Positions 19,496 through 27,846 of a stretch of DNA of 64,000 bases are shown piece after piece. This DNA comes from Brevibacterium luteolum (GTDB taxonomy: Bacteria > Actinomycetota > Actinomycetes > Actinomycetales > Brevibacteriaceae). The position numbers were made by a program, and so were the translations under genes. How positions within the stretch are numbered: position 1 is the first letter of the stretch; every line of letters starts with the position of its first letter. The notes under the pieces were generated by a model. It worked only from the letters and a program-made list of their open reading frames with translations, was not told where the DNA came from and ran no database searches. The DNA lies in contig NZ_JABEMC010000005.1 of the NCBI RefSeq assembly GCF_013004595.1, positions 124,001-188,000 on the forward strand. Reading direction: 5' to 3'.

Positions 19496-20343
19496 CCGCC
19501 GAACCGCTGACGGCCCCGGGCGCGAGCCCGGGGCCGGGGGCCGGCGACCAGCCCGCCGCCCTGCTGGCGATCAACAACATCGAAGTCATCTACGACGACG
19601 TCATCCTCGTCCTGCGCGGCCTGTCGCTGACCGTGCCCGAAGGCCAGATCGTCGCCCTGCTCGGCTCCAACGGCGCCGGCAAGTCGACCACCCTCAAGGC
19701 CGTCTCCGGGCTGCTGCCGAGCGAACAGGGTGAGGTCGCCTCCGGGTCGATCACCTTCGCCGGCACCGACATCACCCGGATGGACGCACCCGAGCGGGTC
19801 AAGCACGGGCTGAGCCTGTGCATGGAGGGCCGGCATGTGTTCCCGCACCTGACGGTGGCCGAGAACCTCGCCGCCGGCGGGTACACGAAGAAGGGCAACA
19901 TCAGCTCGCAGCTCGACTTCGTCTACGAGTTCTTCCCCAAGCTCGGCGACATGCGCTCACGCACCGCAGGCTTCCTCTCCGGAGGCGAGCAGCAGATGCT
20001 GGCGATCGGCCGGGCGCTCATGGCCGAACCGAAGCTGCTCATGCTCGATGAGCCCTCCTTGGGCCTGGCCCCGCTGCTGGTCGAGGAGATCTTCGAGACG
20101 ATCGGCCGGCTCAATGCCGAGACCGGGCTGACGGTGCTCGTCATCGAGCAGAACGCGCAGACCGCGCTGTCGGTGGCCCACCACGGCTACATCATGGAGC
20201 AGGGCCGGATCATGCTCGAAGACGAGGCCAAGGCACTGGCCGAGAACCCGGATGTCAAGGAGTTCTACCTCGGCATCGGCGGCGACGGGAAGAAGAGCTA
20301 CCGCGACGTCAAGCACTACAAGCGCCGCAAGCGCTGGCTCTGA
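19492..20343 (+). CDS. ABC transporter ATP-binding protein (LivF-like)
   Basis: GSNGAGKST, LSGGEQQMLAIGRALM, LDEPSLGLAP; basic tail KHYKRRKRWL. Confidence 0.9.
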   Translation: MTAEPLTAPGASPGPGAGDQPAALLAINNIEVIYDDVILVLRGLSLTVPEGQIVALLGSNGAGKSTTLKAVSGLLPSEQGEVASGSITFAGTDITRMDAPERVKHGLSLCMEGRHVFPHLTVAENLAAGGYTKKGNISSQLDFVYEFFPKLGDMRSRTAGFLSGGEQQMLAIGRALMAEPKLLMLDEPSLGLAPLLVEEIFETIGRLNAETGLTVLVIEQNAQTALSVAHHGYIMEQGRIMLEDEAKALAENPDVKEFYLGIGGDGKKSYRDVKHYKRRKRWL

Positions 20344-20364
20344 TCGCTGAGGTGAGGAGAGAAC

Positions 20365-21561
20365 ATGAACGCCCAGGACACCCGTGTGCCCGCCGGTTTC
20401 ACCCAGCAGCTGGAAGAGGCGCTGGCCGGCAACCCGGAACTTGAAGCCCGGTTCGCCGAGCACAGCTTCGACCCGGCAGGCGCTGCTGAGCTGGCAGACC
20501 TCGATGCGCTACCGGTGCAGAGCAAGGACGAGCTTCTCGCCAGCCGCGCGCATCTGAGCCCGAGCTTCACCCCGCGCCGGATCTTCCAGTCCCCCGGCCC
20601 GATCTACGAGGCGCAGCCTCCCGGCGCTGACCCGTGGCGCTGGGGCGAGGCGCTGCGTGCGGCAGGGCTGGAACCCGGTGATGTGGTCGCCAACTGCTTC
20701 GGCTACCACCTCTCCCCTGCTGGGGCGATGTTCGATGAGGCGATCAGCGCCGCCGGGGCGACCGTCCTGCCGGCCGGGATCGGCAGCCAGCAGCTGCAGG
20801 TCCGGGCACTGACCGACCTCGGGGTGCGGGGCTACGTCGGACTGCCGAGCTACCTCAAGGCCCTCATCGACGTCCACGCCTCTGCCGGCGGCACCCCGGG
20901 CGACTTCCCGGTCCGCTGGGCGCTCGTGACCGCCGAGCCGCTGCCCGATGAGCTGCGTGCGGCACTGACCGAGTGGGTGCCCAGCGTCCGGATGGCCTAT
21001 GGCTCAGCCGAGGCTGGGCTCATCGCCTATGAGGACGGGCAGCATCCGGGCATGGTGACCGCCGACGGCATCGATGTCGCCGTGTGCAGCATCGACACCG
21101 GTGAGCGCCTCGATGCCGACGAGGGCGAGGTCGTGCTCTCGCTCGTGCGTCCCGAGGCGCCGCTCATCCGGTTCGGCACCGGGGATCTCTCGGCCTGGGT
21201 CACCGATGGTGACGGCCAGCCGGCCACCGATGCCCGCGGCCGCCGCTATTTGGCCGGTGTGCTCGGCCGGGTCGGGCAGGCGATCAAGGTCCGCGGCATG
21301 TTCCTCCACCCCCGCCAGGCGGCCGAGGTGATGAGCCGGGTCGACGGTGTCGAATCCTGCCGGTTCGTCATCACCCGCACCGGCCACCGCGATGAGGTCA
21401 CGTGTGAGATCGTGCCCGCCGCAGGTGCCGACGCCGAGGCGGTTCTCGCCTCAGCGGCGGAGGAGATCCGGGCGGGCCTGCGGTTCAATGCTGAGGTCCG
21501 TGCCGTCGATGAGCTTCCCGGCGACGAGGGCATCCTCGTCGATGCCCGCAACTGGGACTGA
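20365..21561 (+). CDS. Phenylacetate-CoA-ligase (PaaK)-like protein
   Basis: LPVQSKDEL, PLIRFGTGDLS, GRVGQAIKVRGMFLHP; atypical P-loop IFQSPGPIYE. Confidence 0.78.
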   Translation: MNAQDTRVPAGFTQQLEEALAGNPELEARFAEHSFDPAGAAELADLDALPVQSKDELLASRAHLSPSFTPRRIFQSPGPIYEAQPPGADPWRWGEALRAAGLEPGDVVANCFGYHLSPAGAMFDEAISAAGATVLPAGIGSQQLQVRALTDLGVRGYVGLPSYLKALIDVHASAGGTPGDFPVRWALVTAEPLPDELRAALTEWVPSVRMAYGSAEAGLIAYEDGQHPGMVTADGIDVAVCSIDTGERLDADEGEVVLSLVRPEAPLIRFGTGDLSAWVTDGDGQPATDARGRRYLAGVLGRVGQAIKVRGMFLHPRQAAEVMSRVDGVESCRFVITRTGHRDEVTCEIVPAAGADAEAVLASAAEEIRAGLRFNAEVRAVDELPGDEGILVDARNWD

Positions 21562-21639
21562 ACCCCTGAAACCGGTCTCCCATCTGGGCAGGGAGCCGGC
21601 AGACGCCGTCGCACATTCATGCGGCGGCGTCTTGTCGTC

Positions 21640-22035
21640 TCACCCGGCCAGCAGCCAGCCGATGAGTACCCCGAGGGCCGCGGCGGCCAGGGCGGTGAGC
21701 ATCATCCCGAGCCCGTAGGTGAGCCCGGCGCGGATCCGGCCGCCGGCCAGCAGCCGGGCGGTCTCGACGCTTGCGGTGCCCAGCGTCGTAAAGCCGCCGA
21801 GGAAGCCGGTTCCGGTGATGACGAGCCAGCCAGGCAGCGCGCTGCCCGGCAGTCCTGTGCGGGTCAGGGCCATGGCCAGTCCGGTGAGCAGGCCGAGGGC
21901 GAAGGAGCCCGTGACGTTGATGAGCGCCGTCGCCATCGGCACCTGCGCGACGCGCAGACGCGCCAGCCGGATGTCGAGGGCATAGCGCAGCGCCCCGCCG
22001 CAGCCGGCGGCCAGTGCGAGGAGGACAGCAGTCAT
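21640..22035 (-). CDS. crcB: Fluoride channel Fluc/CrcB
   Basis: GGALRY, ATALINVTGSFALG, GFLGGFTT; ATGA overlap with the upstream crcB. Confidence 0.85.
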   Translation of the reverse strand: MTAVLLALAAGCGGALRYALDIRLARLRVAQVPMATALINVTGSFALGLLTGLAMALTRTGLPGSALPGWLVITGTGFLGGFTTLGTASVETARLLAGGRIRAGLTYGLGMMLTALAAAALGVLIGWLLAG

Positions 22036-22523
22036 CGCACCTCCCCGCGCGGTCGGGTCCACCGGCGAGCCGCAGCAATCCCGAGCGCGGCCGCGATGAC
22101 CCCGCCGATGAGCGTGATGATGACGCTGCCGGCTGCCCAGAGCAGCATCCCGGTCTCGACTCCGTGACCTGTCGCCTGTCCGGTCAGCGCTGCCGGCCTG
22201 GCGAGCGCTGCAGCGAATGGCGCGGCGGCATCGACGGTGAGGGCGCTGTAGGTGGTGAACCCGCCGAGCAGCCCGGTGCCCAGGCCGCGCTGCGCCAGCC
22301 GCAACCAGCCAGCCGGCATTCTGTCCTGCCGCCAGGCGAGTGCTTCGAGCAGCAGCCCGAGGCAGAAGCTGCCGACCAGATTCACGATGAGCACCGCGAG
22401 CATCCCGTAGCCGGCCGGGATCGCAAGCCCGAGCCCCCAGCGGGCGAGGCTGCCAGCGGCGGTGCCTGCGAAGACAGCGGCCAGCAGCAGCGGTGAGAGC
22501 TCAGAGGCCCGGCCTGTGCGCAT
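22032..22523 (-). CDS. crcB: Fluoride channel Fluc/CrcB (second paralogue)
   Basis: GSLARW, VNLVGSFCLG, GTGLLGGFTTYS. Confidence 0.82.
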   Translation of the reverse strand: MRTGRASELSPLLLAAVFAGTAAGSLARWGLGLAIPAGYGMLAVLIVNLVGSFCLGLLLEALAWRQDRMPAGWLRLAQRGLGTGLLGGFTTYSALTVDAAAPFAAALARPAALTGQATGHGVETGMLLWAAGSVIITLIGGVIAAALGIAAARRWTRPRGEVR

Positions 22524-22643
22524 CGGCTCCCCTCCTGCCTGCTGACTGTCGACCGGATCAGGCTATCCGATGCACCCAAGCCAGCCACCGCCTCGGGCGC
22601 GGCCCCTGGAGCAGACCCAGCGTGGCGCATCACACACCCCCTT

Positions 22644-22661
22644 TAGTTGAAGTTTAAATTA
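22644..22661. promoter_or_regulatory. Imperfect AT-rich palindrome upstream of the YceI gene; MarR (RosR-like) operator candidate
   Basis: TAGTTGAAGTTTAAATTA resembles the corynebacterial RosR site TTGTTGA-N4-TCAACWA, and RosR controls a YceI gene. Confidence 0.45.
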
Positions 22662-22737
22662 CATGGCGTTAGAGTAGTGACTGTTCGGCCGGCAGACCGC
22701 CGCCGTCAGCACATTCCCGATCTCGTGAAGGAGCATC

Positions 22738-23277
22738 ATGACCACTCTCACCCCTGGCATCTGGAAGCTCGATATGTCGCACACGCTCATCGGCTTCAGC
22801 GTCCGCCATGCCGGCATCAGCAAGGTGCGCGGCAGCTTCAATGACGCCGACGCCACCCTGACCGTCGGCGACTCGATCGCCGACTCCCGCGTCGAGGCCG
22901 CCGTGCAGGTCGCCTCGTTCGACTCCGGCGATGAGAACCGCGACGCCCACGTCACCGGCGAGGACTTCTTCGACGCCGCCCAGCACCCGCAGATGACCTT
23001 CGTCTCTACCGGCGTCGAGGGCACCGAAGAGGAGTTCACCCTCACTGGTGATCTGACGATCAAGGGCACCACCCGCCCGGTGACCTTCGATGTCGAGTTC
23101 GGCGGCGCGACCGTCGACCCGTTCGGTGCGACCCGCGCCGGATTCGAGGCGACGACGAAGATCTCCCGCAAGGACTTCGGCATCACCTGGAACGCCGCCC
23201 TCGAGGCCGGTGGTGTGCTCGTCGGCGACACCGTCACCATCACCATCGACGCAGCCTTCGTCCGCAGCGAGGACTGA
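22738..23277 (+). CDS. YceI family protein
   Basis: WKLDMSHTLIGFSVRHAGISKVRGSF, RDAHV, GDLTIKG, ISRKDFGITWN. Confidence 0.92.
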   Translation: MTTLTPGIWKLDMSHTLIGFSVRHAGISKVRGSFNDADATLTVGDSIADSRVEAAVQVASFDSGDENRDAHVTGEDFFDAAQHPQMTFVSTGVEGTEEEFTLTGDLTIKGTTRPVTFDVEFGGATVDPFGATRAGFEATTKISRKDFGITWNAALEAGGVLVGDTVTITIDAAFVRSED

Positions 23278-23314
23278 CCCTAAGGCCCGGGCAGAGTCAG
23301 TGCCTGCCCGTCCC

Positions 23315-23356
23315 GCACTCGGGCCCTGGAACGACCCTGTTCCGGGGCCCGAGTGC
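23315..23356 (+). terminator. Hairpin between the YceI and pirin genes
   Basis: GCACTCGGGCCCTGGAAC-N6-GTTCCGGGGCCCGAGTGC. Confidence 0.55.
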
Positions 23357-23387
23357 TCTCTAGACTGAGGGAGACGAGAGGACTGCG

Positions 23388-24440
23388 ATGAGCAACACCG
23401 AACCTGATCCGCCTGAGCGGGTGTGCGCCGGGACCGAGGCGGCCGGCACCGAGATCCTCACACCCCGGGAGGTGCCGCTGGGCGGGCCGCGGGCAATGAC
23501 GGTTCACCGCACACTGCCGCAGCGGGCCCGGTCGCTCATCGGCCCGTGGTGCTTCGTCGACCATTTCGGCCCCGATGACGTCGCCGCCACCGGCGGGATG
23601 AACGTCCCCCGGCACCCGCACACCGGCCTGGCGACGGTCACGCTGCTGTTCGCCGGCGAGGTCGAGCACACCGATTCGACCGGCTTTGCCAACACCGTCA
23701 GACCCGCCGAGGTCAACCTCATGATCGCCGGCTCCGGGATCTCGCACTCGGAGTTCTCCAACCCCGCCACCCGGATCCTGCACGGCGTGCAGCTGTGGTA
23801 CGCGCTGCCGGAATCCGAGCGCTTCGGCCAGCCGGGCTCCCAGCATCATGTCGCCGAGTCGGTCGAACTGCCCGGCGGGCAGGTGTGGACGTATCTGGGT
23901 GAGTGCGCCGGCCTGCGCTCCCCCGTTGAGACACGGGTCGAAGCGCTGGCCGCACAGATCCACGTCGAACCCGGCGAGCAGGTACGCTTCGACGTCGACC
24001 CGGAATATGAGCTCGGGCTGCTCGTCGACCAGGGTGCCGCACAGCTGAGGGCCAGCGGCGGCGTGGCGTCTGCCGGTGGGGACGCCACCGCGGTGACGTC
24101 GCGCGAGCTTGCCTATGTGCCGCCGGGCTCAGACCAGCTGACGATCGCCGCCGGTGACGAGGCGGTGCGCGCGGTGCTCATCGGCGGCCGGCCTTTGGGT
24201 GAGCAGATCGTCATGTGGTGGAACTTCGTCGCCCGCAGCCATGACGAGGTCATCACCTTCCGGCGGGCCTGGCAGGCTGAGATCGGTCACCCCGACGCCG
24301 AGGCGGCCGGCACCGAGGCACGAGACACTGAGCTTCCGGCTGCGGCAGCAGGTATGGACTTCGGGCCGTTCCCGGCCGGCACCCCGGATCCGCTGCCGGC
24401 CCCGCGGCTGCCGAATGCCCGGCTGCGGCCACGCAGCTGA
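23388..24440 (+). CDS. Pirin family protein
   Basis: IGPWCFVDHFGP, HPHTGLATVT, MIAGSGISHSE, VMWWNFVAR. Confidence 0.92.
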   Translation: MSNTEPDPPERVCAGTEAAGTEILTPREVPLGGPRAMTVHRTLPQRARSLIGPWCFVDHFGPDDVAATGGMNVPRHPHTGLATVTLLFAGEVEHTDSTGFANTVRPAEVNLMIAGSGISHSEFSNPATRILHGVQLWYALPESERFGQPGSQHHVAESVELPGGQVWTYLGECAGLRSPVETRVEALAAQIHVEPGEQVRFDVDPEYELGLLVDQGAAQLRASGGVASAGGDATAVTSRELAYVPPGSDQLTIAAGDEAVRAVLIGGRPLGEQIVMWWNFVARSHDEVITFRRAWQAEIGHPDAEAAGTEARDTELPAAAAGMDFGPFPAGTPDPLPAPRLPNARLRPRS

Positions 24441-24479
24441 GCGACCTGCCGGCTGGTCTGCTCAGCCAGGGCTCGCGGA

Positions 24480-25127
24480 TCAGTCGGTGATCTCGACGAT
24501 GATCCCGTCGTCTGCCGGAGTGAACCGGCAGGCAGTCAGGTCGAGTACGCGGGCATGCGCGTTGGTGAGCTCATCGATCGCATGCGAGGTCGCCACTCCG
24601 AGCACATGGGCACCGGCTGCGAGCCCGGCACGGATGCCGGCCGGGGCGTCTTCGATGACGAGGCACTGGGCCGGGTCGACACCGAGCTGACGGGCAGCGG
24701 CGAGATACCCCTCGGGATCGGGTTTGCCGTTCTCGACGTCCTCAGACGTCACGAGCACCTCGGGCACCGGCAGCCCGGTGATCTTGAGCCGGGGCACCAT
24801 AACGTGCCGTTCGCCTGAGGTCACGGCAGCCCAGCTGCCGGACGGAAGCAAGGTGAGGATGTCGCGGGTGCCGGGCAGGGCGATGACGCCGTCGGTGTCG
24901 CTGACTTCGAGTTCGTTGAGCCGGCGCATGGCCGCCTCAACCTGGTCTGCGTCGATGTGCTCGATGAGCACGTCCTGGCTGCGCCGGCCGTGGCTGGTAC
25001 GCAGGATCGCGTCGGCGTCGATGCCCTGTTCGCCTGCCCAGGTCCGCCAGGTGCGTTCGACGGAGGCGGTGGAGTCGACGAGTGTGCCGTCGATGTCGAA
25101 CAGGATGGCCCGGCAGGTCAGTCGCAT
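24480..25127 (-). CDS. HAD-superfamily sugar phosphatase (YfbT-like)
   Basis: FDIDGTLVDS, VTSG, GKPDPEGY, IEDAPAG. Confidence 0.88.
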   Translation of the reverse strand: MRLTCRAILFDIDGTLVDSTASVERTWRTWAGEQGIDADAILRTSHGRRSQDVLIEHIDADQVEAAMRRLNELEVSDTDGVIALPGTRDILTLLPSGSWAAVTSGERHVMVPRLKITGLPVPEVLVTSEDVENGKPDPEGYLAAARQLGVDPAQCLVIEDAPAGIRAGLAAGAHVLGVATSHAIDELTNAHARVLDLTACRFTPADDGIIVEITD

Positions 25128-25157
25128 GCGGTCGGTCTCCTCTTCAGCCGGCTGGTC

Positions 25158-25916
25158 TCAGCCGGCGTCGGTGCTTCGGGGGTCTCCGCTGACGAGGCGG
25201 GAGGCGGCTGCCGCATCGAGGAACACCTCGAGCGCGGGGTGGTCCTGCAGGGCGCTGGCGGGCACGGCCTCATCGACCGGCCCGTCGATCATCGCGGCGA
25301 CCGCCTCGGCTTTGCCTGCGCCGAAGGCGAGCATGATCGCCTTGCGCGATTCGAGGATCGTGCCGATCCCCTGGGTCAGCGCCTGGGTGGGCACCTCGTC
25401 GATCGAGTCGAAGAACCGGGAGTTGGCCTCGCGGGTCTCAGCGGTGAGGTCGACGACCCGGGTGCGGGAGTCGGCCGGTGAGCCGGGTTCGTTGAAGGCG
25501 ATGTGACCGTTGGGCCCGATCCCCAGGATCTGCAGGTCGACTCCGCCGAGGCCTGTGATGCCATCTTCGAAGGCAGCGGCAGCGGCGTCCGGGTCGGCGG
25601 CGTCACCTTCGGGCAGCACCGTGTGGGCAGGGTCGATGCCCCAGGGTTCGAGGATCTGCTCGGCGATGTAGTGCCGGTAGCTCTGCGGGTGCTCGGCCGG
25701 CAGGCCGATGTACTCGTCCAGGCAGGTGATGCGCAGACCGGAGAGGTCGAGACCCTCACCGGCACGGCGGGTGAGTTCGGCGTAGAGCGGTTCGGGGGTT
25801 GAGCCGGTGGCGATGCCGATGACGGCCTCGGGGTTGGCGCGGACGAGCTCTTCGACCTGGTCGGCTGCTTCGGAGATGAGTTCGGCGATGTCCTCGCCGG
25901 TCACCACGTGCATCAT
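25158..25916 (-). CDS. nagB: Glucosamine-6-phosphate deaminase
   Basis: GIATGSTP, LDEYIGL, ILGIGPNGHIAFNEPGS, PASALQDH. Confidence 0.92.
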   Translation of the reverse strand: MMHVVTGEDIAELISEAADQVEELVRANPEAVIGIATGSTPEPLYAELTRRAGEGLDLSGLRITCLDEYIGLPAEHPQSYRHYIAEQILEPWGIDPAHTVLPEGDAADPDAAAAAFEDGITGLGGVDLQILGIGPNGHIAFNEPGSPADSRTRVVDLTAETREANSRFFDSIDEVPTQALTQGIGTILESRKAIMLAFGAGKAEAVAAMIDGPVDEAVPASALQDHPALEVFLDAAAASRLVSGDPRSTDAG

Positions 25917-25989
25917 CGTTCACTCCTCATCTCGCGGCCGTCTCGGAAGACGCCGGTCACGGTCATGCCGTCACCCCATAGTACGAAGT

Positions 25990-26121
25990 CCGCCGGTCTT
26001 CGACGCCTTCATCAACAAGGGTGTCGGCAGGTTCTGCATTAAGCACGGCTCGAATCCGGACGCCAGGTTCATCATCGGCACCATCTACCGCCTGCTCGTC
26101 CCGATCGGCCCGCATCACCTG
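25990..26121 (+). pseudogene. Remnant of a PTS N-acetylglucosamine/glucose EIIC domain (nagE-like)
   Basis: PPVFDAFINKGVGRF...FIIGTIYRLLVPIGPHHL matches the EIIC signature FG.xxRLLxPxGLHH; no proper start, and the match ends after about 44 codons; divergent from nagB. Confidence 0.6.
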
Positions 26122-26159
26122 CGGCAGGTGCAGTCCGGTGTGCCAACGTACTAGCACGA

Positions 26160-26495
26160 TCAACTCACCTGGCGGTTGTGCTCCATCGCGACGTCCAGCC
26201 ATGCGGCCAGACCCTCGTCACTGTCGATCGCAGCGGCGTCGACTTCTATCCAGCCAGGACCCATCTCACGGTCGGCGCCCATCGTCGCCTGCTGCGCGCC
26301 GGGCCGGGTGAGAAGCTCCGCGTGTTGATCGGCGCCCACCCGCACGAGCAGACCGCCGGACTTCAGCGCGCTGACAGCCAGCTTCTCATTGACCACGAAC
26401 GACCGGCCGTCGAACATCGACACCTCACGCAGCACCGGTTCGTTCGCGAACAGGATCCGCAGGCGTTCGACGAGAGCTTCTTGTGCAGGGGTCAT
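26160..26495 (-). CDS. TfoX/Sxy N-terminal-like family protein
   Basis: REVSMFDGRSFVVNEKL...GLLVRVG...MGPGWIEV...WLDVA. Confidence 0.78.
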   Translation of the reverse strand: MTPAQEALVERLRILFANEPVLREVSMFDGRSFVVNEKLAVSALKSGGLLVRVGADQHAELLTRPGAQQATMGADREMGPGWIEVDAAAIDSDEGLAAWLDVAMEHNRQVS

Positions 26496-26569
26496 GACTG
26501 GGCCCTTCGGTGCCGACCAGAACCGACATCAGGATATCGGACCGCAGGCAGGTGTCAGGGCATGAGAAG

Positions 26570-26642
26570 AGCCCCCTGTCAGACTCGAACTGACGACCTT
26601 CGCTTTACAAGAGCGGTGCTCTACCAACTGAGCTAAGGAGGC
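26570..26642 (-). tRNA. tRNA-Thr (anticodon UGU); CCA not encoded
   Basis: GCCTCCT-TAGCTCAGTTGGTAGAGC-ACCGCTCTTGTAAAGCG-AAGGTC-GTCAGTTCGAGTCTGAC-AGGGGGC-T cloverleaf; TACACT -10 box at 26668-26673. Confidence 0.96.
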
Positions 26643-26763
26643 GCGCTCACCGCAGTGAGCCTAAGACAGTGTAGAACATCGGCCTGCCGTCCGCCACGCA
26701 CGCCCCCACGACTGCGCCCCGCTCTTCTCGGCACCAGCCCCACAACCGCACCCGCCAACGACT

Positions 26764-26802
26764 GACGCCCGCCGGTCACGAATTCCGTGACCGACGGGCG
26801 TC
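26764..26802 (-). terminator. Hairpin after the DsbA-like gene
   Basis: GACGCCCGCCGGTCACG-AATTC-CGTGACCGACGGGCGTC. Confidence 0.6.
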
Positions 26803-26825
26803 TGCCAGCTCAAGCGCTCAGGCGA

Positions 26826-27707
26826 TCAGTTGCCGCCGGCGGCGCGCAGCACCTCAAGCGGGAACTTCTGCGGATCCTGCTCGCGGAAGGACTCGGTCTC
26901 CTTGCCGTTGATGAGCACACGCGGGGTGCCGGAGAGTCCGCGCTCGTCGAACGCGGCCTTCGTCTCCTTCTCCACGGACTTCGCGAAAGCCTGCTCGGTG
27001 ATGCAGCTGCGCACATCCGAGGCATCCGAATCCTCGGGCTCGACCTTCGCGCTGACATCGACGCCGGCGTCTTCGGCGATCTTGATGATCTGGTCATCCT
27101 CCATGCCCTCAGCACCTTCCTGCGGCTGCTGAGCGAACATCGCCATGACGAAGTCCGAGTATCTCTGCACCTGGCCGGAGTCGGCGACACAGGCAGCAGC
27201 GTTGGCCGCACGAGTGGAGTACTTGTTGCCGCCCGAGGCGTTGTCGAGGAACGCGACCGGCGCGTACTGCAGGGCGATCTTGCCCTCCTCGACGAGCTTA
27301 TTCAGCGTCTTGCCGTGGGTGTCCTCGAAGGCCTTGCAGGCCGGGCACTGGAAGTCGAAGTACACCGTCACGACAGCAGCGTCGGAGCCGAGCGGAGATT
27401 CGGCGATCGGCGGCGGCGGGTTCTCGCCGGGCTCCTCGATGCCGGGCGCGGTGTAGGCCTTGAGCTCATCGCCGTCCTTGGCCACGGTCATCGTGCCCTC
27501 GGCGTAGTTGCGGGGGCCGGCCACCGGCTGCATGCTCTGGAAGATGAGGAAGCCGACGACGGTGAGGAAGGCGACGACGACGACACCCACCGAGGTGAAG
27601 AGGATCGTCTTGGCCTTCTTCTCCCGCCGCGCGTCGTTCTCTGCGATCTGCCGCGCCTTCTCGCGCGCTGCCTGTCGGCGATCGGCGGCCGATGAGTTCT
27701 TCGCCAT
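26826..27707 (-). CDS. Membrane-anchored DsbA-like thioredoxin
   Basis: TM anchor, YFDFQCPACKAFE, YSTRAANAAACV, GTP. Confidence 0.9.
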   Translation of the reverse strand: MAKNSSAADRRQAAREKARQIAENDARREKKAKTILFTSVGVVVVAFLTVVGFLIFQSMQPVAGPRNYAEGTMTVAKDGDELKAYTAPGIEEPGENPPPPIAESPLGSDAAVVTVYFDFQCPACKAFEDTHGKTLNKLVEEGKIALQYAPVAFLDNASGGNKYSTRAANAAACVADSGQVQRYSDFVMAMFAQQPQEGAEGMEDDQIIKIAEDAGVDVSAKVEPEDSDASDVRSCITEQAFAKSVEKETKAAFDERGLSGTPRVLINGKETESFREQDPQKFPLEVLRAAGGN

Positions 27708-27846
27708 GTTTCCTCACGTGATGTCGGTCGCTGCGCGGGCTTCGGCGCAGGCGCTTACTGGTTCGACAGCTATCTTAGATCCTCGGCCATCCTACGCGGT
27801 TCAGCAGTTCTTCAGGGGGATCCGCTCCCGAGGCGGTGGCTGGGTC

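Noticed and set aside
22524..22640. Fluoride riboswitch upstream of the crcB pair
   Set aside because: No GGCGAUGG...GCUGAUGAC consensus is visible on the minus strand.
25930..26570. Integrative element at the tRNA-Thr 3' end
   Set aside because: No integrase, and no duplicate of the tRNA 3' end was found in the window; only a tfoX-like gene and a gene remnant.
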